From the NCBI RefSeq assembly GCF_037042905.1, contig NC_087251.1:33854001-33918000 (forward strand): a DNA stretch of 64,000 bases, read 5' to 3'. Below, piece after piece: positions 14,001 through 29,000 of the stretch. Every line of letters starts with the position of its first letter. Positions within the stretch are counted from its first letter, which is position 1. The stretch is from Lytechinus pictus. Lineage: Eukaryota. The translations under genes and the position numbers were made by a program. A model generated the notes under the pieces. That model saw only the letters and a program-made list of their open reading frames with translations, had not been told where the DNA came from and did no database searches.

Positions 14001-17000
14001 GCTGGAAGACAGGTGGACCTAAATCTGTCCTGAAGTTTCATGTGTCATGTTCTTATACAGATCTAGCCATTTTTGTTGCTCTACAGGTGCATGAATGTTC
14101 TTTGTGTAGAAAATTATCGGAGCCATTCAATGAGAGAACACATTTAACTTACCAGAAACCAAGTATTTCTCTGAAAGCATAACCTTAGTGATAGGATTGC
14201 GATGAACGGTGAAGGTCTGGAAGAGCTGAGGTCCTTGACCGACTGTTTCTGGGTGCTGGACGATGACCCGGACCTTGCCAGAGCTAGTTCCATATGCTAT
14301 CTCAATCCAGTTTCCACTCAAACCTACATAAAAAATATAAGTAAACGTCGTTGAATTGTTAATTTCATTCTTTTATTTGCAGAGGGTGAGATAGATCTGT
14401 TGACCCAACATCCATGTCTTCAAGCTGCACAATAATGGATGATTGAACAATGAACAAAACAAAACAAAACAAATGAGAATATTTCATGTTGGTTTTGTAA
14501 CGCACCATAAAAAACATGTTTCAAACATATAATTGATAAATCTATTTTATGAACTTTTGGAATTGAGATATGACTAACAAAGCTATCACCACTGAAAATT
14601 TATTTAATCTTGCTATCAATTAATTCCTGAAAATATTGAAACACTCTCCACTAATTTTCCCTCCATACATGCTCTTGGGAAAATCAGTAGTGAAAGTTCA
14701 ATACAATTTAATTTTCACACGTATGTTCTTTGCTATTTTATTCATTGGGTTTTTGAAGTGAAGGAAAACTTTTTAAAGCCAAAGCATTCAGAGGTTTTGA
14801 ACATGAAAGTATCGAACAAAGGACATGTTAAGTTAAGAGAATCAACGTCTTAAAATTGTCATTAACAAGTGAAAGACATGGATTGTGTAATTAATTTTCC
14901 CCAAAGATTTGGTTTTATCGAGAAGAGCGTCAGGTGCAAGCAAGCGTCATATTGATAGTGTGTACAAGGTAAAGTATATCATGACTTTGTTCATTGATAC
15001 TTGTGTTTGAAATTTTTTTTTTTGACAAGTATTGTTGTATCCCCAAAATAGTGCAATAATTATTGTTATATCTTCTTTTTCTTTCAGATCCACTGAGAGA
15101 AACGATGAAGATTTGAGGCTCGGTTCCAGTGCAATTGACAGAAGTGTAGAAACAAGAGACAGATTTCCATCTGCCATGAAACCTGGTTTGCCCAGTCGAA
15201 TATGAGCATCCGTAAAAGCCTTCTTTTGGTCCACTGTTTTATTTACTGTCATTAACTACCCAACAGAGACTCATTAAAAAAGTGATACAGCAGCTAGAAC
15301 ATCTTCTATTTGTAGATCTACTCAGAATCAATCATCTGCCACTATTGCCAGCTCTACATCTACTAAGTCAGTGAAGTGCTTGAATATCAGAGGATGTGCT
15401 TCTTGTAGCGATGTAAACATCGGCAAGTTTTTTCCCCCATCTTCTCAAATGTTTTTCTTGCTTTTTAATGAATTTGCATTTGAAAATGATATCAATATCG
15501 TATAAATGTCAGAAATTAAGTCGTATCCCATTTACATGATATAGGGCTAGGGCCACTTCCATTGACGAGTGGATACCATGCGCGACCATGAGATCTCAAA
15601 AAGCACCCTAAACACATATTTTCCATATTCTAACAATGCACCCCATAACAAGTATTGGTGTGTGAAACCCTACCCTTAACAAGTATTGGAAACAAAACGA
15701 TACTATTGGCAAATATTCCCTGAATTGAACCCCTAAACAAGTACAGCGATATTTCAATTGTTATATCACGGACGTCGGTCGTCGGTTTTACCTTTACCTA
15801 CATCATTGGGTTTAGTACAGCCCCACTTGCGCAAATCGTACTCTAAACACGTAGTGTTGACTCTTAGGGCAAAAACTACATCATTATTGACCTTTATAAA
15901 ACATTTTAGTCTTGATTTTTCTATACACTCGCAAATTTGACCCTAAACAAGTAGCTTTCCTATCGAAAATAGATACCCTTTTTTTCATTATTTTAGTGTT
16001 TTTGACACCCTTATTACGTTACGTACGTAACGTGCCCTATCTTGGAAAGACATCCCTTTTACATGTTTTTTGGGTCGCGCATGGTATCCACTCGTCAATG
16101 TAAGTGGCCCCCCCCCCCCCCCCCCCCCGGGCCTAAATCTTAAACATCTATCATAAGATAGTTGAATTTACATGTACATACATGTACACTAAGTCATAGA
16201 TACATGTCTGCACATTTACATGAATAACCTTTTTATTTATTATTTTCTCACTTTTTTGTTAAGCATCCCTTTTTCATAAAGGGGGCATATGGAACTCTAG
16301 CTGATAATATCATCAACTTTACAAGTCAAAATAGAGTCAGACTTTCCCTTGAGGAATGGTGAAGGAAACATGACTTACTGCTTTTTGGTGTCAGGTACAC
16401 ACTGAGAGCTGTGACGGCATCGTTGGCGGGGTCCTTGTATAACTCGGTAACCAGTAGATCCTTGTCTTTGATTCTCAATGGAAACTTTTGCATATCTTTA
16501 TTACGAAAACAAAACATGAAGCAATATAAGTTCAAAGCACAATCAATGTTTAACCAAGGACCTAGTCCTGATGAAATAAGAAAAATTATAGTACCCATTT
16601 CTATGAAATGCTAGTGTTGGTTGTAGAGGAAGACCATCTATTAATCAGTGCTAAAACTGTACAAGGAAAAGGGTGGCTCAGTCTCTCATCACCAATAGAA
16701 TCAACAAAATGGAGAAAAGGAAGACAGGACAAATTAGGGAGACATGGTGCAAATAATAGGTAGCTTTCTATCGCCAGACCGAACGTCAAGCTACTACGAG
16801 TGACGTCATATTTTGCCACTGCGCATGCCCGAAAGCTTGCTCTCACGCCGTCCCCTGATTCTGACAACGGGAGTTGGGGGAAATTTCCCTGATTCCACGT
16901 TGCGGTGAAAGCGACAACGTGAGTGCAATTTCTTCGATCTTTACTTGTCCAAACAATCGGATTAGGTTGGTTCATAAAATATTTTGTTGGGAGGGCTCTA

Positions 17001-20000
17001 GATATGAATCAATCACCATGCGATCATATTTTTCATGAAATCGTTTCTTAGATCATGTAAATTGGAGTGAAAGTTTTCATTTCCATGATAGCGTAAGTCA
17101 TGTTTCCCAGCGGAAATCAACGAGGCTGGCTGCCGGGCAGCACGTCGGCTGAGTAGCCTATAGCCAATATACTTTTAGCTATCGGTGCAACGCAGGTATT
17201 TCGTTTATGAACATTGTTAGGATTGAATTTTGTGTTTATGGGTATTTTAAAGAAAATACTTGGCACTGTAGGCTTAGTATTTTCTTAGCCTGCAGCAATT
17301 ATATCCCGATTGAGGAGTTTGTCTTGCCTGCAGTAACAGGAAGAAGAAGAACTACTTGAACTTACTTAGGCCTAACAAAAGTTAGTATTTTTAAGAAATA
17401 TCTCTAGCTCCGTGTAAGTTCAGCCGGCGCCTGATGTTCGCCATTTCGGATGGATTCTGAACACTTAGTCACGTGATATAGCCGAGGGCCCCGTAGTGAA
17501 AATCGAAAGCGCTTCTGCGAGGTCTGCACAACCTAGATATGCACCAGTTAATTTGTAGTAGCTAACGTTCGGTGTGCGGGTAGAAAGCTCCGTATTGTCT
17601 TTATGTACATGGAATCAAAGAATCAAGCAACAAAACAAGTGGACACAAGCAAATATATGTTATGGCTCTTTATTAAATAAGATACTGGAATACAAGTGAT
17701 GACACATTGCTGATGAGGCAGCATATATGATCTGCCAGTATTAATTCCATTATTCCATTTTGTTTAGTCAATTTCTGAAATTTTTGAAATTGTTTTCATT
17801 CAATAGTTTACCATATTTCATGACACATTTAGGCTTTGATATATATTTCATCATGAGATCCATATTTTGTGATCAAATAAAACTGGTACATATTCCCAAT
17901 TATCTATTTTTAACACATCACTTTTCAGTTTTCCTGTGAAATTGGCGGCATTACAGGCTGCCACCAAAGGCTACAGTGCACCTTTGTATTCTTTTGTACT
18001 TCTTTAGAAATCTAAAGCTACATAAATTAATTTGCATTTCATTGTGACCCCATCAGTCCATGAAATAACCAATGTAACAGATGAATAACATGTTGGAATG
18101 ATTACATAGTAAGAATGTTGAACAAAAGATTCAGATATGAATATGTAATGGTTGAACACATCTGAATGGGAAAGGAATGGATAGAGAAGTAGGTTGAAAG
18201 TCAACTGGAAAGGATGACAACATACACACAAAGAATGTGAACAAAGCTGGTAATGAATAATTGTACTGAATACTATTGTACTGTAGCTTAACAAATAAAA
18301 TGGAATCCATATGTCAAATAACGAAGATGAATAGCATGATGGGATGATTACATACATGTTGTAAGAATGAAAAGAATCAGATGTGGGAATGTAATGAACA
18401 ATCTTAATAGGAAAGGAATGACTAGAGAAGTATGTTGGAAGTCAATTGTACAAAAGAATACACAGGTGCACTGTAGCTTTTGGTGGCGACTTGTGATGCC
18501 GCCAGTTTCATGGGAAAACTGATTTGTATTAAAAATACAGAATGGCAAATATTTCCAATTTTATTTGATCACAAAATGTGGATATTAGCCATGGGTTGTG
18601 TGGTCCAGTGGTTAGAGCATTGGACTCATTATAGGAAGGTTGTGAGTTCAAATCCCCGCTCTGCCATTGTCTCCACTTTGATAAAAAGACCTGAGAGTAA
18701 TATTTGTCTTATAAGGTCAGCCGATATGACTGATTAAAAGACGTCAAATGTATCCTATGTAATTGGTTATAAACCAGCTTGGCATTGAGCAGCAAAAATG
18801 CTGTCCTGCCGAGTTCCTGCGGGAGTTACCATAAACAGAAACATTTACCACATGACAAAATATATCTCCAAGCCTTATTATGTCCTGAAATTTAGCAAAA
18901 TATTGTATGATATTAGTTTCAAAATGTGAATTTTCTTACAGTCAAATGAGTAAATCCTATTTTCACTGGATGAAAATACTGTCTGTGTCCCTATTTTGCT
19001 TAGAGACTTCTAAACAAGTATTTTACACTATGAACTCTCACATCTATACCATTTTTAAGAACCAACATGAAATTAAAAAGAAAAAAAAATCCTAGAGCTA
19101 GTATCTGTCTTTAACTTTGATTACAAAGCTTAATATGATTACTTCCACCTCTTTCTCACTAACACACAAACATAAAAAACAAATTACATGTAGACAAGAC
19201 AATTAGGAACTAAAATATTACACACATCTAGCTAGTTTTCTGAATAATTTACTTTCAAGCAAATACATGTACCACAAAGAACAACATTGGCTAAATACCA
19301 TTTTTAATATTTCTATTTTATTTTCCTGTTATGTACCATTTTTCTATCTTGTGGAGCATCTCCTGACTTTGGAACAGAGGGTCGTGGGATCAAACCCCGG
19401 CCACGTGCTGTACTCGACCAAGGTGAGGTAAAAGCAAATGTAATTCCTTGAAATGCATGTGCGCTGTAAGTAATTATGGCCACCGAGCTAAAGCCAGGGT
19501 AATAGTATCCAAGTTCTTTGAAAGCGCGTAGAGACATAAATAATAAAATTTATAAATTATAATAAAAATAAATAAAAAATAAATAATCATAACATGATAT
19601 GCGCTATAAAAGACCTGTTTATCATTATTAGTAACGAATAAGATATTTGATAATTGACAATGCTCACCTATGTAGTATATAGATCCATTTGTACATCCAA
19701 GTAACAGGAAAGACCCTGCCGTGTCATAGCTGGCTATTGGATTGACATCTTGAACCTGCCATGTCTGTGTCAGGGCATGCCACACCCCGACCTTGCCAAC
19801 GTGACTGGTGGCTACTAGCTGACTACCAATGAAGAAAAGACTATCCACCTTCACACCAAGGTTAAAGGTCCCTATCAAGCAAAGCAAAGACAGGTAAATA
19901 TGAATTTCATTTGATCAACACAAGGGGACAGTTTCATTAAGCTTTTTGTAAGTTATGCAGGACTTGACTGGTGACTATTTCTTGTACAAAAAGACATATC

Positions 20001-23000
20001 CCTATGTAGCTTACTTAGCACATACAAACACGCTCCTTACTGACAGGCCTCTAAAAAATTGTTTTCATCACTTGCCCTCTCGGGCAAGTGATGAAAAAAA
20101 AATTTGCTTACCAGATAGAAAAAAACTGCTGGCCCAATTTTTTAAATAATTCTTTTGCTCTTAAATAATTTTCTTATGATGGTACTACCCTTAATTTTAA
20201 AGGTCAAGAGAAATATCTACAAATGAGAATCATGTAGTAAAGAACACACATATAATTTTAAGTCTATTTTCAGCAACGTCATGACATCAGTTCTTATTGC
20301 CATCACACACGTGGATCTGCTAATTTTTCCTCAGTTTCACTAGTAGCTTCACTCACACTACCTTATAAAACTAAGTCAATGCCGATAAAGACACAAAAAA
20401 TTGCTGATTTCAGTCTGACGGCTCATTATTTACTCGGTTGGGAATGATCACGAATCTTGAGGCTGAATTACAAAGTTTGCAGCAAGCTCGAGAATCAGCT
20501 GCCTCGCTGATGTAGCGTTGATTTTTTTTAATGCTCTTTAGCCTTTATTCAGATATCACATTGTTCATACATACAAGGGTAATAAATAAAATATACAAAA
20601 TAAAATCAAGTACATGTATACAGCAATATAACAAATAAAATATTATACATTGTGATATACATTTTTTGAACAAAGATTATCATAACCCATAATACAAACA
20701 AAAAACAGTTATTTTCACTTGTATTTACTGTATAATAATATGGTTTTGTATGATGAAAAATCCAAACATAAAGACTTATTAAGTTGTGAGCAGATAGTAA
20801 ATAATTTGTTTGTATTAAAAAAAAATGCTTTTTAGCCTTTATTCAGATATCACATTTTTCATACAAACAAGGGTAATTAAGAAAATATATGAAATAAAGT
20901 GAAGTACATATATACAGCAATATAACAAATGAAATATTATACATGATAAACATTTTTTAAACAAAGATTATCACAACCCATCATACAAACAGAGAAAACA
21001 GTTATTTTCACTTGTATTTACTGTATAATAATGCAGTATTGTATGATGAAAAAATCCAAACATAAAGTCTTTTTAAATTCTGAGCAATTAATAAAATTAA
21101 TATATATAATACTTTGTTTAATAAGGATGTGAATAGACTATCCCATAATAAAAATATGTATATATTTATATCTCCATATTTTGTAAGTCTCTACGTTTAT
21201 ACTTAAACAACAATCTGAATAAAGATTATACATATAAAACACACAAAAACAAAACATCAACAAAACCAAAAACAGAAAATGTGAAAGGAGAGCAGCCAAA
21301 CTGAAACCCATCTCCTTTATCTTTTACCCATAATGGCATCTTGATATATTTTATAATATTGAATTACTATTATTCCAATACTATACTATAAATCATTTTA
21401 TACAAAATAAGCTTTGTTGGAAGATAATCGTATATATTTAAATTGATGGGTAAGGATCAGTGGGAGAAAGAGTTTGAAGAAAGAAAAAATAAATAAATAA
21501 ACACTTGAGTGTAATTGACTCAAACCGACAATTGGGAAAATTTTTCCCATTTTGTATGGTGTAGAGTCAATTTATCCTTTCTTTTTGCCTTTTCATATTC
21601 AATCTGATTTGACCTTTTAACAGCACTGCATATTTCTTTACATGTAGGGACCCTTTCCAGTTTACGGTTATTGTAAATCATATATTTGACCAAAATTATT
21701 ACATGATTTAATAGAGAATTGTGTTGATGCATGGAGCATGCCGTGTGTTGCTGCCCTCTACGTTCGTTGGTCATCGGCAAATTGTGCAAGATAGTAGCAC
21801 ATGCGCATAGCATATTTTAGAACGTAAGATGGCAGCCCCCCCATAGCCGTTCTTCGAACGAGTTACCTAGCGATGAATTATCGGTAAACTGGCGCTGATT
21901 TTACATGTTTCCAATACTGGTTTGACAATGTATGAGAGATAATTGGCTGATAATTGTGATTTATCCAAAAGTTATTGAAATTTACTGTCATTTCATTTTT
22001 TCATTTTCAAAACAACCACTTGCCTGATTGGGCAATTGACTTTGAGAAACGCTTGCCCACACGTCATTTCCACTTTCCCCGGGAAGCGGGTTTGTCGCGC
22101 CCTGCCGTACAAACAGCATTATAAAACACTACCCAAAAAGTGCTTCACAGAGATTGCCCAAAAATGGAACTATGAAGAAAAAATATCAATAAAATTCCTT
22201 AATCTACCAGTCAAGAACATAAATCTACAAATATATCCTGGAAGAAAAATAAACAGTCTTACCAATTTCCACTTTCTCCTCTCCTTCATTACTGCTCCAC
22301 ATCCTGATCTGGCTACCAAACGCCACGGCAACCATCTTCTCCCTGTTCTCAATATGGGCTGCCCCGCCCACCTTGGGGTTAAGAGCGACCCTGTGCACTG
22401 TCTGCTCCAGGTGGGGAGACTGGAAGACGAGATGCCATCCCGTCGACTCCTTGATGCGGTAGCAACAGACAAAGTGAGCATAGGCCAGCACGATCCAGTT
22501 GTGGTGGCCGCTGACGATGAGCACTCGGCGTGGATCAATGCTTGCATCTGTAGCAAAATATAGATAAACAAACAAACATCATAAATATTTTTTCTGCTTC
22601 AGGGGTATCAGCATATCGTTGCTGAGGTGTTAAAATCTCCAAATTAAAATGTTTTAAGGACGGTTTAGAAAAGCTTTTCTTTGAGTTATGAAATAAGTAG
22701 CAATATTTGTTTGCATAGGAAGAGTTAGACTATTCTAAGCCAATAGGAAGGTGCCATCATTGTCACATTTCTAAAATACAGCTTTTCTGAGCTGCCCTCA
22801 GAATCTTTAAATTTTGAGATATGTTCCAGGTTTAAACACTAAAGGACAATATTTATTAAAATGCAATTGATCAGCAAAATATGAGATTTTCATTGACATA
22901 TTTATTTTATTTATTTACAAAATGTATGTACAGAATGTTACGGCATTAAGATTCACATTAGGATTCTCTCAGTCAATCAGATTCCATAATTTCAGCAGCT

Positions 23001-26000
23001 TATAACAATTGTCAGTGTAAATCACCGACTAATCACTTCATGAACTATTCCCCTGGAGAGCGTTTCATTCAAAGATATGTCAGTGACTTTCACCTACTAA
23101 TTTACTCTCAGCGAATCAGATGCAAGGATGTGCAGTAGTCTGCATGTCTCAAGAAATGCTCTCCTTAGGGCCTGTTTCATAAAAACTTGTTTTAACAACA
23201 AATTTGTTATAACAGGTAAAAGCTACTGAAATCCTTCAATCTGATTGGCTGATAGTAAATTTGTTACACAAATTGTGCATGTGCTATCATAACAAGTCAT
23301 CATGAAATGCTCCCCTGTCCTTACCTAGTGGTATATCTAGATCATGCTTGGAATGTCTGATATCAATCGCTGAGGCAGGTCTTTGATCCCGTCCTGAACC
23401 CCCTCTGGATCCCGGTCTTGTTCTGAGCTCCGCCTCGCTAGCGAAGCTATACCTCTGTTGATCTATCAAGTCATGTCTGACAGGAAAAGCTGCATGTCAA
23501 AAGAGAAAACAAAATGAAAAATAGACAAAATGGAACACTATAAAGGCCATAATTACAATTTTTTGCTTCAAACAGTCCCAGATAGATTGGGGATGTCTGT
23601 AGGAAAATGAAAACAAGCATTTTAAAGACAATGAATAATATTTTACAGGTAAAAATCTCTTGATTCATAGAGAATGTCTCTAGATGCTTCCCTAGACATC
23701 CCATAAGACTGGTAATCAGATTCTGGCTTGCCTGTACAATTTGACTTTCAGAGAGCTAATTATACATGATTGATAATGGGAATTGTACATTAATAATAAT
23801 AAAACATTGCTTATATAGCGCATATAACCATGATATAATCATGTCTCTATGCGCTTAAGAAAGATGAATAGAAAGAATGGAGAAGAAAGAAAAGCCTGTT
23901 CACAGAGCAAATATATAATCAATTAATCGGTACATGTATATCTTATTTTACAAAAAGGAATGTCTTCAAAAGGGACTTAAAGGATTCTACATTATTAGCT
24001 TGTTTAACAATATCAGGTAATTTATTCCAAAGTTCAGCAGAGGACATTTTGAATGAACGAGCGCCGTAGAATTGAGCGTTTATCCCAATCCTAGACTGAA
24101 TGCCCTTTTACCATTTCTGAGAATTTTTTCTCTTCACCACAAAAATAATAATCATCCTGGTTATCATAATTTATCATTTGATTAGAAGGTAATAGAGACT
24201 TGGATGGAAACAATTACAATTTTTGAGAATTAGCATTATTACAGTGGTTCGCGCTGTTATTGTAATCATCTTTTTCTTCTTCTTTGCGTCATCATCATCT
24301 TCATCATTACCATCTTCATTACCATCATCATCATCACCATCATATTCATCATCATTGTCATCCCCATCATCATCATCATCATCATCATCACCATCATCAT
24401 CATCACCACCACTATCACCATAATCATCACCACCACCACCACCATCACCATCATCATCATCCTCATCATCATCATCGTCGTCATCATCATCATCATCACT
24501 TACGAGATGGGGGAAGAAAGCCATGAAACAGTACACTGCCACAAGACGACCGGTCAAGTTCCTCGCATAATGTCAGCTTTTTTACTGTTTGGAATGAGAA
24601 AAAAAATGAAATTAATAATGCTCATATTCAAGGAAAATATTGCACCAGTACCAGACCCCTATTCTTGAAAAAATGAGAAGTCTAAGTCTCAATTCATATT
24701 TAATGTCCATGTAAAAGTTTTATGACTTTTTTGAAAACAAAAATGATCCTTTGAAGATTTTTGCTAAATATAAAAATAAGGCTATCATTAATATTATGTT
24801 GCTTGCATGAGCCTAAGAGAAGAAAGTGGTAACATGAATTAAATAAAACAATCCTGTCACATTCAAGAAATAAGTCTTGCATCTCATTTTATTTTTCATT
24901 AATATCATTCATTCATATATTTGAATTAGATTAATTTATTTTACCTTTATCGCAATCTTAAAACAAACTCGATTAAAATCCTTAATATATGGAATAACCC
25001 CAGAGAAAATCTTATGATTCAGATTAAATGTGACATTTTTTAAATGATTAATAACAATGACATAATTTATGGACTATATAAAAAAATGTTATATATATCC
25101 ATTTAAAAAAGTATTCATCTTTTGTGTATCCTTACAAGTAAATATACAATAAAGACATTCTTTTACCCAATGGTGATATGCCATAGAATTCAGCCTCGTG
25201 TTTGAGTGCCTGTATATCAAAGCCTTTGATATTGAGCTCCTTGGTCCTCAAATAATTCAAGATAGGCACAAAGAAGCTAGGGTCTCTATCAATAAATATC
25301 TGAAATAAGCAAATTTGAAATTAAAAAGGGGGAGTAATGAAGACAGAAAAGAAGGGGGAAATAGATGCAAGCCATGATTAAATATACACATTCTAATGAT
25401 GCTCAAGAAATTGATTAATTTTTACCACTGTCAAACAGTTTAAAATATATCAATCATGCTTGTTTCCTTAATTGAAAGTAAAACTCCACAATTCTGCAAC
25501 TCTTGATAAATGATTCAAAACTTTCAATTGATGGTATGTTACCACAAATGATCAATTCAACCAAAGATCTTTTTTAAAAAAATTCAGAAATACTATGAGA
25601 TTTTAAATAATGCTTCTGTCTAGATTCTATATATTGAAACTACATTGTAGGCCTAATGATCCCTGACCAGATTTTTTTTTTATTTCTGAGGATAGAATTC
25701 ATGCCGACTCTTACTTCACAGAATTATGATTAGTTATATTTTCACAAGCATTTGTCACACATATTCAGATTTCCAAGTAAAACATTTATTTGCAACTGAA
25801 AATGCAACTCTTTTGAAGATCTAAAGAATGTACACATGAATAATGAATTTTTTTCCTTTAAATTTGTCAAAAGAAAATTCTTCAAAAAGGATCATTTTGA
25901 GACTGATCACTGATTGACTACTTACTGCTCCTGTTTCATCTTTGACTGATGATATCCTTCCACTCAATAAGCTAAAAAAAAATTTAAAAAGACATTAAAT

Positions 26001-29000
26001 TGTAATAACTGACATAAAACATGTTACATAGCAGCCCAGTGATTGAAAATTGGGCTCCCTGTGAATAAGAGAGTACATTCACTTCAACCCGAAAAATACT
26101 ATTTTCTGGGAACTATTTGCACAAACATTTCATTCACAAATAGAAAACAGTCTTTTAATATTGCTGGTAGTATACTGAAATTCATATTTTTCCTTTGCAT
26201 AATGTCCATAGAATTTATCATTTTAAGGGAATTATAATTTAGAGCATGAAGTAAAGTGCATCATTCAAGTTTAATTATGAAGGAGGAGAAAAGGAAAAGG
26301 AGAAGATGGGAAGAAGAAGATGATGACGATGATGAAGAAAAGGATAATAAACATGAGAAACAAAGGAAGATTGAGGAAGAGAAAGAGGAGAATGGGGGAG
26401 AGGGAGAAAACAAAAACCAAGAAGAAGGGGGAAGAGGAGCAGAAATGAATAAATGAATATGTTTAATCAAATGAATGTGTTTAAAAATTGAATATGTTTA
26501 ATCCAGTTATCTGGGACTACTTTCTTTTAATGGAAACTGTGTTCAGTAGTCTCCATTCTCAGGCTGATAATTTACAAACATTTTGACTGTAACCAAGTAA
26601 TCTTACCTAGAAAAAAATGAATCCGGAATCCAAGTCAAGGTCTGTCGAGATGTAGAGAACCTGTCAAAGACATAAAGAGATTCGATTCTATGGCATTTAT
26701 TTCTACAGATCACAACATTTAACATTTACACACAAAAAATGGAAACTAGTCACCAAACTTTTGGGAGATGAAAGAAATTACCTTAATTGCTGAAGCTGGT
26801 GATTTTAAAAGCTTGTGTTATTAAAATCCCTTTTCATGGAAATGTGATATCCTTTTGCAATTGTATGCTAAAATCACATATGCTGACACAAAACCTTTGT
26901 CTGCTGAAATAAGAATGGTAATACTTGGAATATTTTTTTTTTTTTTTCTCTTGATCTAAAGGATAAATGCTTGATTTTTTCTGGCAGTCAGTTTATGATG
27001 ACAGTTTTTCATCATACATGTATGCATTGGGGCAAAACGAAATTGATTTCTTTCAATTATTATTTTTTTTCTTTTCAAGAATAGAGGGCCTTACAACTTA
27101 TGCCAAGTAAAATAAAAGTTTTTCAGCATTCTGCTGAATACAAAAATAATCATCAAGATTATAATGAAAGACAAATCATAAACAAATTTTTAAAATCATT
27201 TTTAGAGTAATGTGCCTGACATTCAACATGGCAAACTTATTACTCAAGCCAGCACAGTCAATCACCAAAAACACACACAAAACATACTGTTATATACACG
27301 GGCACTATCACTCACCACATTAAAGTCCCAATTTCAACTCAAAAGTCCCCTTTAAAAAGTAAATTAAAATACAGATTCTGCGCCATATTTCCAGAGCACA
27401 CGGCAGCTTAGCTCAAATTTTAAAAGCAGGGTTATCGAAAAATGTGCTAAAAATTAAGAAATCTGTGGTTTTGTTCTAAGTTCACAATCTTTTTGGCAAA
27501 TTTAGGATCGTATCTTCAATCAAAAAAGAAAGAAACTGAAAAAATCTACATTGAATTTGCACAGAAATAAAGTTGACGACATGCTAGCTGCAGGCTTTCA
27601 TTCGACATGGGGTCCGAGTGTGATGTGAATGGCCGCTGCAACTTCTGGGTTGCATACATGTATATCACATGCGGTGTGGCGCAATTCAGCGGCGCTCGCA
27701 TGTTTTGACTTTTGAACAAGCGACGCGCTATGTCAAATGAAGGGCGGGGGCTGTCGCATCGTGGTTGCAAAACATGATTTTATGAAATATTAAGATAGGT
27801 GAAAATAAACATTGCAATTAAAATAGACAAATATATTCAACATTGATGCGAATTTCATTTTGTGAAAAGACATTTTAGACTTAACAAAAAATATTGGCTT
27901 TGCAGAAAAGCTAATAAAATATAGCATGCCAAATTGTGGGCAGGTTATCATGAATAATTTTAGGATTTTGCATAGACTGATCTATACAGAGAATGTTACC
28001 AATTTAGGCAATAAATTTAGTTTAAAAGTAACGTTTTAATCACCCAAGGGTTCATTACATGCCGCCGCGCACAGAAAATTCAAGCCATAGAATTAGAAGT
28101 CGTGTGTTGTGGACCCAAGAAGTGAGATCCCAGCACGCGCGACCCACTAGTTAGAAATCCACTGCCAAACGCGGTTCGTGGTGCGAGGTTAGTATACTAA
28201 TACTAACCTCGCAATACGTGTGAGTGCGTTTTAATAGCCCCCGGAAAAAATGGATTGTCTGGCGGCAAGACAATAAATTAATTATTTTCAGGGGCTACTT
28301 TTAACATACTGTAGCGTAATGAGTTATACCTTTAAGATGTATTTCATAGTTTAATCGTAGAGGGCGATATTTTAGTTGTGATATGCTTTGCGATTATTGG
28401 AGAAGTACGTGAGTTCGCTGGGAGCTGCGGTGGCGTACGGTTGTAAGATGTAAGCTCCGAATAAATCAAGTTGAACTGTATACTGAATATCTCCCAAGTT
28501 GCTTCATTTGCATGATTTAGGGTGAGTGAGCGGGTGATTCGGTGTATTTCAGAGGAGCGAGAGAGTGTACCACGTTGCACAATATACTTTTGTGAACGAA
28601 CCTGCCCAAAAAGAGATATAAAAGTGAGGAGAAGCGTGGACCGGGTTCTAGAGACTGCGAGACGGCAGAACGCTACCCCGACAGAGCTCGGTTACGCCAC
28701 ACTGGTGGCCGCGGTGGGATTGAACAACGTGGTATTGGAAGCTTAGACAACTTAGGCGCCTGTATTACAGGGAGCGCCACGTATATCGCCTATGAAGATT
28801 GCCAGGAGAGGCAAGAAGAGAGCGCCCTGGGTGTACGTGTGCGGCGGAGATAGTGCCTACACACGTTGGTGAATAGCGCCCTGGGTGTGTGTGGCGGAGA
28901 TAGTGCCTACACACGTTGGTGAATAGCGCCCTGGGTGTGTGGCGGAGATAGTGCCTACACACGTTGGTGGATAGCGCCCTGAGTGTGTGTGGCGGAGGTA

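Noticed and set aside
17708..17730. CTGATGAG as a second hammerhead core
   Set aside because: No stem II followed by GAAA downstream.
18593..18666. Possible tRNA gene (also heads at 32788, 48126, 59193)
   Set aside because: Anticodon and acceptor arms are degenerate and the heads continue into SINE-like bodies, several with shared sequence and A-rich tails.
22036..22571. 175-aa plus-strand ORF and 133-aa alternative minus-frame ORF
   Set aside because: Shadow frames of KCTD3 exon 7.
24174..24499. Poly-Asp/His/Met/Ser ORFs
   Set aside because: Translations of a (CAT)n microsatellite. Only 24504-24584 is a real exon, in a different frame.
26256..26470. Glu/Lys/Asp-rich ORF
   Set aside because: Purine-rich low-complexity intronic tract without supporting splice sites.
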